DNA of 64,000 nucleotides, taken from the NCBI GenBank assembly GCA_963691875.1, contig OY829846.1:4480001-4544000 (forward strand), in the 5' to 3' direction. Positions 40,157 to 50,172 of this stretch are shown here, piece after piece (the first letter of the stretch is position 1; each line of letters opens with the position of its first letter). The notes under the pieces are model-generated. The model was not told the DNA's origin and made no database searches. It was given only the letters and a program-made list of their open reading frames with translations. The position numbers and the translations under genes were made by a program. The stretch comes from Aureliella sp. (lineage in GTDB: Bacteria; Planctomycetota; Planctomycetia; Pirellulales; Pirellulaceae).

Positions 40157-40690
40157 TCAGCCAGCCAGCCTGAGAACCATTAAGGATGCGGAGTACCAGA
40201 TTCCCCATCCTAGTGCGGTTAGCAAGGCTGTTCGAAAACCAGGTCGGATGCTGTGAGCTGAAATCACAGCAAGAACAAGCATCATGCCAAAGACCATGGT
40301 TGTGGTAGCTGTTGGGTTGCTCCAGCGAATCGCACTTGGAATCAAGAATGGCACCTCGAGTACGAGATACAGTGATCCATTCTGCAGCAGAGCAAGGCTC
40401 CCGAGGCCCAAGCTGAATAGCAATAGAACGGAAAAGTGCACCGCCCATCGCGTCTTGAATACTCGTTCGTAGAGGAAGTGCCCCAACGCGCCAGCAAACA
40501 AAGTGAATCCTACAAAAACCAATGAGGTTGGAACAGATTCGTTTATCAAGCTAGAAAACTGTAGTGTGAGTGCGAGTGGCAGCACGATGTTTACAGGATT
40601 CAGCAGAATCTTCGCTAGCGTTCGCTTGCTTGGGAGCGAATCATCTTCAGCCTTGACGAGTGATGGCGACTCGTACGGATTCTCGGCCAT
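40157..40690 (-). CDS. Hypothetical membrane protein with N-terminal NPYESP motif
   Basis: MAENPYESP start followed by several hydrophobic segments. Confidence 0.7.
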   Translation of the reverse strand: MAENPYESPSLVKAEDDSLPSKRTLAKILLNPVNIVLPLALTLQFSSLINESVPTSLVFVGFTLFAGALGHFLYERVFKTRWAVHFSVLLLFSLGLGSLALLQNGSLYLVLEVPFLIPSAIRWSNPTATTTMVFGMMLVLAVISAHSIRPGFRTALLTALGWGIWYSASLMVLRLAG

Positions 40691-40800
40691 GACACTCTCC
40701 AGTGGGACGACTCCCAGCGACTGTTCTGTTTGGTCTCCAATGCTCAATCAAGTTTGGAATTGAACAGCGAAGGTTGTTTTCGTTAGGTTAGCAGATCGCG

Positions 40801-41300
40801 GTTGCAGTGAATGGTGTGCCGATCTTCAATGTACTTAATAATCCTGGAGAGAATGCCTACTTCGCTGGAGAACTCGACAAATCGGGAAAAACTGTCGAAG
40901 AGTTGATTGCCACTACCATATCGCGGCTTTGCATCTAGAAGAAATTGTAGGCAAAGGAAATCTTCACTAGATCAATGATCAGCTCAATGATGATGGACGC
41001 TACGACTGACGTGCGACTAAAACGTATCCCCACATCAACGGCAGTGTTCGGGGCGAAGTGGATTTCCCAAATGGTGAGATTGCTTCTCAATCTCGCGATG
41101 CCCCAATTCGCCCAGACCAGCCACCGCTTCGCGGAGCGGTAGTTGCTGATTTTTCAACGACAGCCACAGAATCGATTTTGACCTGTTAGGTTCAAGGTCG
41201 AACAGGAAAGATCACCTGCAGTCCAGTCGGCGAAGACGGCTACACGTTCACCTACTCTCAGCCTAGTGGGAAAACGTGGTCAGAGACCTATTCACCGAAG
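40801..41300 (+). pseudogene. YHYH-protein remnant
   Basis: Not in ORF track. VAVNGVPIFNVLNNPGENAYFAGELDK, then frameshift to DCHYHIAALHLEEIVGKGN, then YD*RATKTYPHING...RPDQPPLRGA with stops at 41007 and 41187. Confidence 0.7.
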
Positions 41301-42943
41301 AGGGTAGTACAGGCCTCTTTGAGTTGCCCGATAGAAAACGGCTTCCGCAGAAAAATAACAGAAGGGCTGGCGGCAATCTCTTGGGGGACATTGCGCGTTA
41401 CGTGGCCAGTCATGAACACCGTCGGGATGTTCATATTTTTCGCGCGCATCCCATGGCAGAGCTCCAGTCCGTCCATCTCCGGCATCACGATATCCAAGAG
41501 AAGTACGTCGATCGACTGCGAGTTCTGCTCCAGCAGCTTGATGGCATCTACGGCAGATGCTGCCTCTATCACGTGAGCCTGTGTTGTTGCAAGCAAGCGG
41601 CAGATCGCGCTTCGAACGGTAGATTCATCATCCACCACGAGCAGTGTTTTACCTGCGAATTGGAAGCTAGGCTCTGCGCTAAAGGCATCTCCGCTTGGTT
41701 GAGATGCAGGAAGGATTATTTGTGCTCTCGTACCAAGTCCTGGCTCGCTAACGATTCTAAGGTCACCGCCGTGTGATTTTGCGAATCCAAGAACCGAGGA
41801 GAGTCCGAATCCTCGACTGCCAGATTTTGTGGAAAAGTAGGGATCGAAGGCGCGTCTTTGCGTAGCTTCATCCATGCCACAGCCGTCATCTTCTATTTCA
41901 ATTTTCAGCTTCTCTTCGCGAAGCGTTTCTGCTCGAACGCAAATAGTTCCGTCGGAGTCTTGCAGGGCTTCGACAGAATTGAACACTAGGTTAGTAAGTG
42001 CTTGCTGCAATGACAGGGGATCAGCCAGGACACACGGTAGGTTATCTTCAGCGAGAATTCGTAACGCTATGTTCTCAGGAATGATTGGCAAGCAAATCGT
42101 TTCCACTTCGCCAAGGATCTTTGCGACTTGCACAGTCTTCCGATCGATCGTGTTGTTTCCAGCAATGGAGAGGATCTTCTGAGTAAGCTCCGCAGCTCGG
42201 GTTGTTGCCAGCTGAATCCGTTCTATGTCTTCGCGTGCCATGGATGGCGGATCTGAAATAAGACTTGTGTCAGCTGTAGTCAGAGTGACGGTCAGTAGGT
42301 TATTGAGGTCATGCGCAAGTTTCTGTGAGAACTCGACGAGCTGCTGCTGTCGCTCGGCCTGCTCTTGTAAGAATTCGGCTCGTTTTTGCTCTTCTGACAT
42401 TCGCCATGAGTAGGCGAGGATTCCGCACGTCGTCACCAGTGGCTCGAGGAACTCGACTACCTCTTGTGAATAGCCAACCGGGCAATTCGCCAGGCCGATT
42501 AGTCCCGTCAGCTTGTTGCCGTGATGGAACGGAATTCCAAGAAAAGAATTTAAGGGCGGATGACCACGGGGGATCCCACTAGCCATAGGATGATTCATGG
42601 CGTCATTTGCGATCACGACCTGTTCCGAAACTATCGCATATCCAAAAAGCGTATCCAGGTTGTCAAAAACAAGTCCCGTTGCCGCATTCTCTCGCAGCAA
42701 CTGACGTGTTTCTTCATTCCACGCAATGTCGGTGTAGGCTCTAACCCGAAGCACCTGAGCATCGTTTGCATTCTGTTCAACTTCACCGATGAAACCGTAT
42801 TCGCTATCGGTCAGCTCCAACAACTCATCCAGCAGAAGCCTGAATGCACCGCCAGTGCTCGCTTCTAGAATGAAGTTGGTTTGTGCGAGACGTATTGCTT
42901 CTAGCAAACGCTCCGTACGAGAATGTTCTTCATGCTTGTTCAT
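41288..42943 (-). CDS. Soluble hybrid histidine kinase GAF-HisKA-HATPase-REC
   Basis: GAF GHPPLNSFLGIP, H-box LAHDLNNLL, NLVFNS, DDGCGM, FDPYFSTK, GFGL, receiver LLDIVMPEMDG and LRKPF. Confidence 0.92.
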   Translation of the reverse strand: MNKHEEHSRTERLLEAIRLAQTNFILEASTGGAFRLLLDELLELTDSEYGFIGEVEQNANDAQVLRVRAYTDIAWNEETRQLLRENAATGLVFDNLDTLFGYAIVSEQVVIANDAMNHPMASGIPRGHPPLNSFLGIPFHHGNKLTGLIGLANCPVGYSQEVVEFLEPLVTTCGILAYSWRMSEEQKRAEFLQEQAERQQQLVEFSQKLAHDLNNLLTVTLTTADTSLISDPPSMAREDIERIQLATTRAAELTQKILSIAGNNTIDRKTVQVAKILGEVETICLPIIPENIALRILAEDNLPCVLADPLSLQQALTNLVFNSVEALQDSDGTICVRAETLREEKLKIEIEDDGCGMDEATQRRAFDPYFSTKSGSRGFGLSSVLGFAKSHGGDLRIVSEPGLGTRAQIILPASQPSGDAFSAEPSFQFAGKTLLVVDDESTVRSAICRLLATTQAHVIEAASAVDAIKLLEQNSQSIDVLLLDIVMPEMDGLELCHGMRAKNMNIPTVFMTGHVTRNVPQEIAASPSVIFLRKPFSIGQLKEACTTLFGE

Positions 42944-43247
42944 ATAACATCGAAGCGCAACAAATATCCGCCGGAGCCTTAGTTGCCACAGGCATCCTAG
43001 TCACCTTAGCAGTTCGGTCGCACCCAACCATTAGGCAGAGCTTCGATGGCACCGATACTTTGCAAAAATTTCTGCCTACTTCAGAAAAAAATTCTGCCGA
43101 ACAGCGACCGACTCTTGATCGTTCAAAAAATTTAGTCCTGCAGCAATCCCAACCACCTCCCCATGAGGCCAATCGTCGGCAGAGCTTCCAGAATGGCGTT
43201 AGGCCGCATGCTAGTCAAGCCGCCTTTGGCGAACATCCGTCTAGCTT

Positions 43248-43279
43248 GAGTGTCGCGTTATTGGAGTGTCGCGTTATTG
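43248..43279. repeat. Perfect 16-bp tandem duplication GAGTGTCGCGTTATTG x2
   Basis: Read directly at 43248-43263 and 43264-43279. Confidence 0.9.
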
Positions 43280-43360
43280 AAATCGCTAATGCCGCAAGCT
43301 ACGAGTGAGAGTGTATCTTGCGGCTCAGCTTGGTTTATGAGTTCGATTTCCGGCTTGCTG

Positions 43361-44041
43361 CTAAGCAGCTTCCGGTTCGTCCGAATCTTCGCTAGCGGGC
43401 CGTGGCAGCATGGACAGAGAAACCGCGAGAACAGCCACGAGCACTGCTAGTAGAAGCCATTGCCACTGAGCAAGCTTGTACTCAGAGTCGAATTTTAAGT
43501 CCAACTCAAGAGGTGCGTTCTTGGCGACTTGGACACCACGACTAAAGCTGTAAACGCGACCCTCCTCAGGCATGCTAATTACGATCGCCTGAGGTGCTGG
43601 TTCGGTGCTTCGCTGATGCTTCACAAGTCGCCCGGCAATTTCCATGAGCACGAAGTTGTCCTGCGATGTATTGCCGCCCAAAAGCTGGCTCATCTGTTGT
43701 GGGCGGAAATTCAGTTCGTTTTGCTGCAAAATTGGATTTGCTTCGGCAGCCTGAATCATTTGTTCGTTCTCAGCTACAATCGCGTCGCTGCCCTTGTTGT
43801 CTAGGTACAAGCGTTGCCGACGCGTGTTGAGTCCGACGGCTGCTTGGGTCGTCTGGAGATTCTCAAGTTGTACGCGTGCATCTTCATTGGATACTGCATC
43901 CAAGGCATATCGATTCGCAACACTATTCAAGGCCCAGCGTGCTTTGGTTTGTTCCCCAGATTGCAGCAGCTCATTAGCTTGTTCTAAAAGTTGAGCTGCC
44001 TGCTGGGCTTGAACTTGGCGTTTGCCAGGAAGACGACTTGT
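43361..44041 (-). pseudogene. 5'-truncated C-terminal fragment of a probably larger membrane-anchored protein
   Basis: Frame is open from 44041 (TSRLPGKRQVQAQQAAQLLEQANELL...) with no start codon until an internal TTG at 43930. Ends in a hydrophobic helix. Confidence 0.55.
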
Positions 44042-44179
44042 TCAGAATCCCGGCCGTTGGAGGCGGTTCCATTCACCCAGCGTTGTCGGCTCGCGTTTCG
44101 GAATGCTGCATCCGACTGTTGCAGCCAGCATCAGGAAGAGAAGCCCAGCGGCGATCAGCGTGGATCTATTTGAAAGCAT
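44042..44179 (-). CDS. Small (45 aa) putative lipoprotein
   Basis: MLSNRSTLIAAGLLFLMLAATVGC lipobox; AGGA upstream of the ATG. Confidence 0.55.
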   Translation of the reverse strand: MLSNRSTLIAAGLLFLMLAATVGCSIPKREPTTLGEWNRLQRPGF

Positions 44180-44378
44180 CTTTACATCCTGTTTAGGCAC
44201 CCCACCGAAAGGAGTTCCGTACCACAATGTTCAGATCCACCACAAGAGAGACTCAGCGAAAGTCTTGCTGTTCGCGCACGCGTCATGCTTGTGCTTGAGA
44301 AAGTAGGCCTATTGTCTTCAATTGAGCTTCGAGGTCTCACTCGCTCGCACGTTGTGCTTTTATTTGTGTGTTTTCTGG

Positions 44379-44735
44379 CTATCCGGCAAATGGATTGGCT
44401 GGACCAATCGTGGCGCCGCAGTACATGCACTGGCTACGACGTGAACTACTGTTACGTCCACACGAGGGACAGGATTGAGGCGTGCTGGTGATCTTCCCGT
44501 CCCGAACGCCATCGCGCAAATCAATCTCTTGCATCTTGACTTCTAGGTCTTCGTCGATCAGCCCATGTTTTTCACGCAAGAGTTCCCAGATGGCTTGGCA
44601 AGTTAGAGCCAGGGAATCCATCTTGGATTCGAGCTCGGCGACGCGAATCTCCGCTTTGTTCGCTCTTGATCGGGCATCAGACGCTGTTCCTTGCACATTG
44701 TGAATCTGGCGTTGCTGATAGAGGTCCCAAAGCAT
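44379..44735 (-). CDS. Hypothetical protein: coiled region plus C-terminal Zn ribbon
   Basis: ALTCQAIWELL, EIDLRDG..DGK, CPSC...CMYCG. Confidence 0.75.
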   Translation of the reverse strand: MLWDLYQQRQIHNVQGTASDARSRANKAEIRVAELESKMDSLALTCQAIWELLREKHGLIDEDLEVKMQEIDLRDGVRDGKITSTPQSCPSCGRNSSSRRSQCMYCGATIGPANPFAG

Positions 44736-44862
44736 GTGTTAAATTCCCAGAAGTCCAAATTGCCGAATAGCCCACTCTACCAAGTCAATGACGCAGTGTG
44801 CACAACAACCAAGGCCTTAGAAGTCACCACGTTGGGCGCTCCGCGTGTCAGCTACAGACATG

Positions 44863-45117
44863 TCATCGACGGCTTCGGGATGCTCCGGTGATGTTCTTCC
44901 GTTTCATCTCCTGCGTAGAACTGCGGCAAAAATCGGAAAAAACTGAGATTCGATGTTCATTATGACCGCGGAGGGTTGCGCCGGTTCTGCCGCTACTTCC
45001 AGCGGAAAAGTCGACCAGAATTGGAGCTGGATAGTCCTGGAGTAGCGTCGCACATCCCGATAGCAGGATGAAAACTACCAGGGGAAGGACTAGAATAAAA
45101 GTTTGCCTGATGACCAA
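44863..45117 (-). CDS. Possible small lipoprotein or remnant
   Basis: Hydrophobic stretch ending LSGC (lipobox-like); TTG start; remainder not recognised. Confidence 0.3.
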   Translation of the reverse strand: MVIRQTFILVLPLVVFILLSGCATLLQDYPAPILVDFSAGSSGRTGATLRGHNEHRISVFSDFCRSSTQEMKRKNITGASRSRR

Positions 45118-45183
45118 TTTTCAGACCGCGACTGTCTTTCCTCCTTTCCTCTCACTCTACTTGTAGTAACTCAGGAGTAGCAA

Positions 45184-47970
45184 GTGCAACACGATGCGCC
45201 ATTTCTGCTCGCTTCCAATTTGGGATCAGGAGCACTTCGGCGAAAAGTTGCCCTTGCTGTCTGCACTGCTATAGCCTTCGGCGGGCAGCCGGTGCAAGTT
45301 GTGGCGCAGGAAGGCATCGAGCTCTTTGAATCCAAGATTCGACCCGCGCTCGTCGAACATTGCTATGAGTGTCATTCTTCGGACGAGGAGATCCAAGGCG
45401 GACTCAACCTTGATTCGCGCGCTGGTGTTCAAGCGGGGGGTGATAGCGGAGTAGTATTTGATGCCGACGATCCACAGAGCAGTTTGCTGCTTGAAGCTCT
45501 CCGCTACAAGAATCGTGACATGCAAATGCCTCCCAGCGGCAAGTTGCCTGAATCGGTCATCGCTGATTTTGCTAAGTGGATCGAGCTCGGAGCGCCCGAC
45601 CCTCGGACTGGTTCATCGCAAATAAATGCCACAGGAATGAGTGTCGACGAAGGAAGGCAGTTCTGGTCCTTCAAGCCCGTCGAAAAACCTACGATCCCGA
45701 GTCCGAATGACGAAAAAGGATTCGTTCGGACTCCAATCGATGCTTTCGTTCTGGCGAAACTACAGAGGCATGGCCTTACACCGGCACCGCAGGCGGATCG
45801 TCAAATTCTCATTCGACGCGTGACACAAGACTTGATCGGCCTGCCACCGACGCCTGCAGAGGTGGAAGCATTCCTGAGTGATGAGTCGTCCGATGCGTTT
45901 TCCCGCCTCGTCGATCGGCTGCTCGATTCCCCACACTATGGTGTACGCTGGGGACGTCATTGGCTAGACGTCGCTCGCTACGCCGACTCGAACGGACTGG
46001 ATGAGAATATCGGATTTGGTAACGCTTGGCGCTACCGTGACTATGTCGTCGACGCCTTCAACGCGGACAAACCCTACGACGAGTTCTTGATCGAACAAGT
46101 TGCGGGCGATCTCATCGCAGAGCCAACACAGGAGTCCATCACCGCAACTTGCTTCCTGCAGCTCGGGCCAAAAGTGCTTGCGGAGCCGGACATCGAAAAG
46201 TTACACATGGACGTCATCGACGAACAGCTCGACACACTGGGAAAAGCTTTCTTGGGAATGACACTGGGGTGCGTTCGCTGTCATGATCATAAGTTTGATC
46301 CAATCAAACAAACGGACTACTACGCCCTTGCCGCAATCTTCAAAGGTACGCAGACATTTGGCGACAAGCGCAACGGTGCGATCAAGTTCTGGTACGAGCA
46401 CTCGTTGGCGACGGAGGAAGACAAGAACCGACTTGAGGAAGTCGACAAGCAGTTGAAGGAGCTCAATTCCGCCGCGTCCTCGTTCAAGAGCTCGCAGATC
46501 GCGAAATTGAGAGTCGACGCACGGAGTAAAGTGGTCGAGTACCTGATCGCCAGCACCCAGTTTGATCTTGGGGCTTCGCTCGATGAAGTCCAGATCATCG
46601 CTGATTCGCTGGGACTGCATGCCCGAGTCCTGCATCATTGCCGTCAGCACTTAGAGTTCCATCGCGATGACGAGTTCTTTCAGCCCTGGCATAACTTGTC
46701 CTCAGCGGGTGAGCTAGATCAACTTGAAGATCACTATCGGCGTTTGTTCCGAGACTCACGGAACGCTTTGGCAGCCGCGAAGAAGCTGGATCCAAAGATC
46801 AAGACTCTGAAAGATCCGCAGCTCAATAAAGCACTGGAAGTGTTGGTTGACAACGCCGGACTGTTGGCCGTTCCGGCGGTGGAATCCCTGGCTTTTGACT
46901 CTGAGACTTTGGCCGAGTATCACCGGCTGCTGGATCGCGCACGTGAATTTGAATCCGCGGCACCAGACGAGCCTGCTCTGATGTCAGTCGCAGCCGGCGA
47001 GCCGCTTGCGAAGATGGCGATCCGCATTCGTGGTGACCACAAGTTGTTGGGAAAGGAAGTCGAAAAGGCATTTCCTATTGTCATGTGCAGCGCGAAAAAG
47101 CCAACTGAGTTTCCAGAGTCAGCGAGTGGACGATTGGAGTTGGCCCAATGGATGGCAAGTCCCAAGCATCCGTTGACGGCACGGGTGATGGTCAATCGCA
47201 TTTGGGCATGGCACTTTGGCCGCGGCTTAGTGAGCACCACTGAGAATTTTGGGGTCAAGGGAGAGAGCCCTGCCAACGCGGAACTCCTGGATTGTCTGGC
47301 TTGCTACTTCGTAGAGTCAGGCTGGTCGGTCAAGGCGATGCATCGATTGATTCTGAATTCCAGCACCTGGCAAGTGTCCTCACAACATACTGACTACTCT
47401 CATTGCATAACGGTGGATCCGGAAAATCGCTGGTTGTGGAAGCAAGCGATGCGAAGGCTGGAAGCCGAGCAATTGCGTGACTCGATTCTTGCGGCTAGCG
47501 GTCGGCTGGACACGAGCTTTGGTGGCAAGACACTTCCGCTTCGCAATCGTCAATTCGTGTTCAATCATACTTCGGAGGATCACACGACCTACGAAAGCCT
47601 CCGCCGTGCGATTTACTTGCCGGTGATACGAAACAATCTCTATACGCTTTTTGAGCAGTTTGATTATCCCGATCCGACCATGCCTACGGGGACTCGAAGC
47701 GAAACCGTCGTGGCTCCTCAAGCCTTGTTGTTGATGAACGATCCACTTGTGCTCGATTCGTCACAAGCTCTGGCAAAGATGACCAGTCAGCTCGAACCCT
47801 CACAGCGAGTCCGGAGAATCTATAGGCGATGTTTGGGACGCGACCCTTCTAGTGATGAGTTGCAGCGTGATCTCGCGTTCGTCAAGCGAAATATCTCGAC
47901 TAGCAGAGATGCTTGGGAATTGCTGTGTCAGAGTGTCTTGGTTAGCAACGAGTTTATGTACATCCAATGA
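45184..47970 (+). CDS. Planctomycete cytochrome c + DUF1549 + DUF1553 (PSD1) protein
   Basis: CYECH, WIELGAPDPR, YGVRWGRHWLDVARYADS, CVRCHDHKFDP, RRLEAEQLRD, PQAL, NEFMY. Confidence 0.92.
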   Translation: MQHDAPFLLASNLGSGALRRKVALAVCTAIAFGGQPVQVVAQEGIELFESKIRPALVEHCYECHSSDEEIQGGLNLDSRAGVQAGGDSGVVFDADDPQSSLLLEALRYKNRDMQMPPSGKLPESVIADFAKWIELGAPDPRTGSSQINATGMSVDEGRQFWSFKPVEKPTIPSPNDEKGFVRTPIDAFVLAKLQRHGLTPAPQADRQILIRRVTQDLIGLPPTPAEVEAFLSDESSDAFSRLVDRLLDSPHYGVRWGRHWLDVARYADSNGLDENIGFGNAWRYRDYVVDAFNADKPYDEFLIEQVAGDLIAEPTQESITATCFLQLGPKVLAEPDIEKLHMDVIDEQLDTLGKAFLGMTLGCVRCHDHKFDPIKQTDYYALAAIFKGTQTFGDKRNGAIKFWYEHSLATEEDKNRLEEVDKQLKELNSAASSFKSSQIAKLRVDARSKVVEYLIASTQFDLGASLDEVQIIADSLGLHARVLHHCRQHLEFHRDDEFFQPWHNLSSAGELDQLEDHYRRLFRDSRNALAAAKKLDPKIKTLKDPQLNKALEVLVDNAGLLAVPAVESLAFDSETLAEYHRLLDRAREFESAAPDEPALMSVAAGEPLAKMAIRIRGDHKLLGKEVEKAFPIVMCSAKKPTEFPESASGRLELAQWMASPKHPLTARVMVNRIWAWHFGRGLVSTTENFGVKGESPANAELLDCLACYFVESGWSVKAMHRLILNSSTWQVSSQHTDYSHCITVDPENRWLWKQAMRRLEAEQLRDSILAASGRLDTSFGGKTLPLRNRQFVFNHTSEDHTTYESLRRAIYLPVIRNNLYTLFEQFDYPDPTMPTGTRSETVVAPQALLLMNDPLVLDSSQALAKMTSQLEPSQRVRRIYRRCLGRDPSSDELQRDLAFVKRNISTSRDAWELLCQSVLVSNEFMYIQ

Positions 47971-49376
47971 TCGATCAGCCATTTCCAACGCGACGTGAAC
48001 TTCTTAGGACCACGGCTCTGGGCTTTGGTGGTCTTGCCTTCCAGTCTTTGTTGGGCCGTTCTTCCGCAGCTGAAGAGTCTCGACCAGGCGAAGCGCGCCA
48101 GCCTCATTTCCCGGCTCGGGCAAAGCGTGTCGTCTTCATGTTCATGAAGGGGGGCCCCTCGCAGGTCGATACTTTTGATCCAAAGCCGCTTCTCGATCGA
48201 GATCATGGTAAGCCGCTTCCGTTTCCATTGCCCGAAGTGACGTTCGCCAAACAAGGCAACTTGCTAAAGTCACCTTGGAAGTTTCATCAGCATGGTGAGA
48301 GCGGTCTGCCGGTCAGCGAGTTGTTTCCAGAAGTCGCCAAGCACGTGGACGATCTTTGCATCCTACGATCAGTTTATGGCACCAATCCAGCCCATGGCGC
48401 AGCTGCATTGAAGTTACATACTGGCGCCGAGCAATTTGTTCGTCCGAGCCTTGGCTCATGGGTAACATACGGACTTGGAACCGAAAATGAAAACTTGCCG
48501 GCCTTCGTGACGATCTGTCCGACTCTGGCTCACGGAGGAGTGAACAACTGGGGGGCGGCGTTCTTGCCGTCGCACTGTCAAGGGACCCCGCTGGGGAACG
48601 CGAGTCTGCCTGCTTCCAAAGTCGAGGTTAAGCATATCGTCAACGAGCGCATCGATCCGGTGGGACAGCGGGCTCAGCTAGACTTGGTCGCAGAGATGAA
48701 TCAGGGGTTCAACGCGAGGATGGCGAGCGAAAAGGTGCTCGAAGGACGACTGAATTCTTTCGAACTCGCCTTTCGAATGCAGACCGCGATGCCCGAGATT
48801 CAGGACTTGTCGCAGGAATCGCAGCGAGTTCATCGACTCTACGGTATAGACAATCCAGTAACAGAAGATTTTGGTCGCCAGTGCTTGATGGCGCGGCGGT
48901 TCCTACAATGTGGCGTGCGATTCGTGCAAATCACTCACAGCGACAGTCTTGTACAGTGGGATCAACACGGGAATCTTTATCAAGGCCATACCAAGAATGC
49001 ATCGGAAGTCGATGTGCCGATCGCCGGGTTCTTGACCGACCTAAAGAAACTTGGATTGCTCGAAGATACGCTTGTAATTTGGGGCGGCGAGTTTGGGCGG
49101 ACGCCCACGGCACAAGGTACGGATGGACGCGACCACAACCCTCATGGCTTCACTATGTGGATGGCCGGAGGTGGTGTCAAAGGCGGTTACGCCTACGGTG
49201 CGACCGACGACTACGGCTACTACGCCACAGAAAATAAGATGCACGTGCATGATTTGCACGCAACAATCTTGCATTTGTTGGGGCTAGATCACAAGAAGCT
49301 AACCTACCATTACGCTGGTCGCGATTTCCGTTTGACCGACGTGCACGGAACTGTGGCAACAGACATCCTGGTCTGA
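47967..49376 (+). CDS. DUF1501 family protein (Tat signal)
   Basis: TRRELL, GGPSQVDTFDPKP, GVRFVQ, WDQH, GGEFGRTP, GRDHNP; ATGA overlap. Confidence 0.92.
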   Translation: MIDQPFPTRRELLRTTALGFGGLAFQSLLGRSSAAEESRPGEARQPHFPARAKRVVFMFMKGGPSQVDTFDPKPLLDRDHGKPLPFPLPEVTFAKQGNLLKSPWKFHQHGESGLPVSELFPEVAKHVDDLCILRSVYGTNPAHGAAALKLHTGAEQFVRPSLGSWVTYGLGTENENLPAFVTICPTLAHGGVNNWGAAFLPSHCQGTPLGNASLPASKVEVKHIVNERIDPVGQRAQLDLVAEMNQGFNARMASEKVLEGRLNSFELAFRMQTAMPEIQDLSQESQRVHRLYGIDNPVTEDFGRQCLMARRFLQCGVRFVQITHSDSLVQWDQHGNLYQGHTKNASEVDVPIAGFLTDLKKLGLLEDTLVIWGGEFGRTPTAQGTDGRDHNPHGFTMWMAGGGVKGGYAYGATDDYGYYATENKMHVHDLHATILHLLGLDHKKLTYHYAGRDFRLTDVHGTVATDILV

Positions 49377-49444
49377 GATTCGTTTTCCGAGTAAGTAGAA
49401 TCTTACCTGGGTTGGCGGCATTAAACGAAAAATTTGTCTTCGAT

Positions 49445-50128
49445 CTACTCCACCAATCGCCCGATAATCTCCGCCAGAGGTCCATGGATCGGCTTGCGGT
49501 CAAAGTGAAAGGGATCGGCACCGTGGGCGGCAGGCTTATCCATGTCGATCACGCCTTTCACATGGGTGTGCATATCGACAATTTCGATCTTGGATTCACG
49601 CATGATCTTGGCGGCGATGTCGTTGTACTCGATTTCCGAGCCAACCTTGAAGACGCGTTTGGGAGAGCTACGGATCGGAGTGGAGCTCGCCCAAGCAAGT
49701 CTCGATTCCGTTGCCCTAAGCCTGGCCACTAATTCGCGCAAGTTTCGTTCGTACGTTTTCGCATCCGTCGCAGGAATGCCGCCGGCATGGAACGGCAGCA
49801 CACGTAGCGTTTTTATCTTTCCGTCTCGGTGCACTAAATCGCCGAGTCCAACATTGAAGATGATGAGATCCCACGGATTTTCGCCGAGTAGCTGTTTTAG
49901 GTTGTCTAGTACGGTAGATGAGTTGAAGACCGGACTGGAGTCGGGCAGGGCAGGGTGCGTGATTTCAGCTTGGCCTTTGAACTGCTTCTTCAGTTCCGCG
50001 GTCGGTTGGTGGTAGACGCTGTCACCAAGGATCAAGACGCGGGGCAGAGGCTCTTGGGCGTGGAGAGCCGCGAAGGAGGTCGACGTCACCGACAGCACAC
50101 CGACCAACAACGTAATCCAATTGGCCAT
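49445..50128 (-). CDS. Secreted SGNH/GDSL hydrolase
   Basis: Signal peptide, LILGDS, FNVGLGD, WASSTP, DPFHF. Confidence 0.8.
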   Translation of the reverse strand: MANWITLLVGVLSVTSTSFAALHAQEPLPRVLILGDSVYHQPTAELKKQFKGQAEITHPALPDSSPVFNSSTVLDNLKQLLGENPWDLIIFNVGLGDLVHRDGKIKTLRVLPFHAGGIPATDAKTYERNLRELVARLRATESRLAWASSTPIRSSPKRVFKVGSEIEYNDIAAKIMRESKIEIVDMHTHVKGVIDMDKPAAHGADPFHFDRKPIHGPLAEIIGRLVE

Positions 50129-50172
50129 AGAAGGCCCTCCGAACCTCCTGCAAGCAGGAGGGGTAACTATGA

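Noticed and set aside
43248..43279. Repeat as a CRISPR array
   Set aside because: Only two adjacent 16-bp copies, no spacers and no cas genes.
43361..43470. C-terminal hydrophobic tail as a PEP-CTERM exosortase substrate
   Set aside because: There is no PEP motif before the helix, and the tail is acidic rather than basic.
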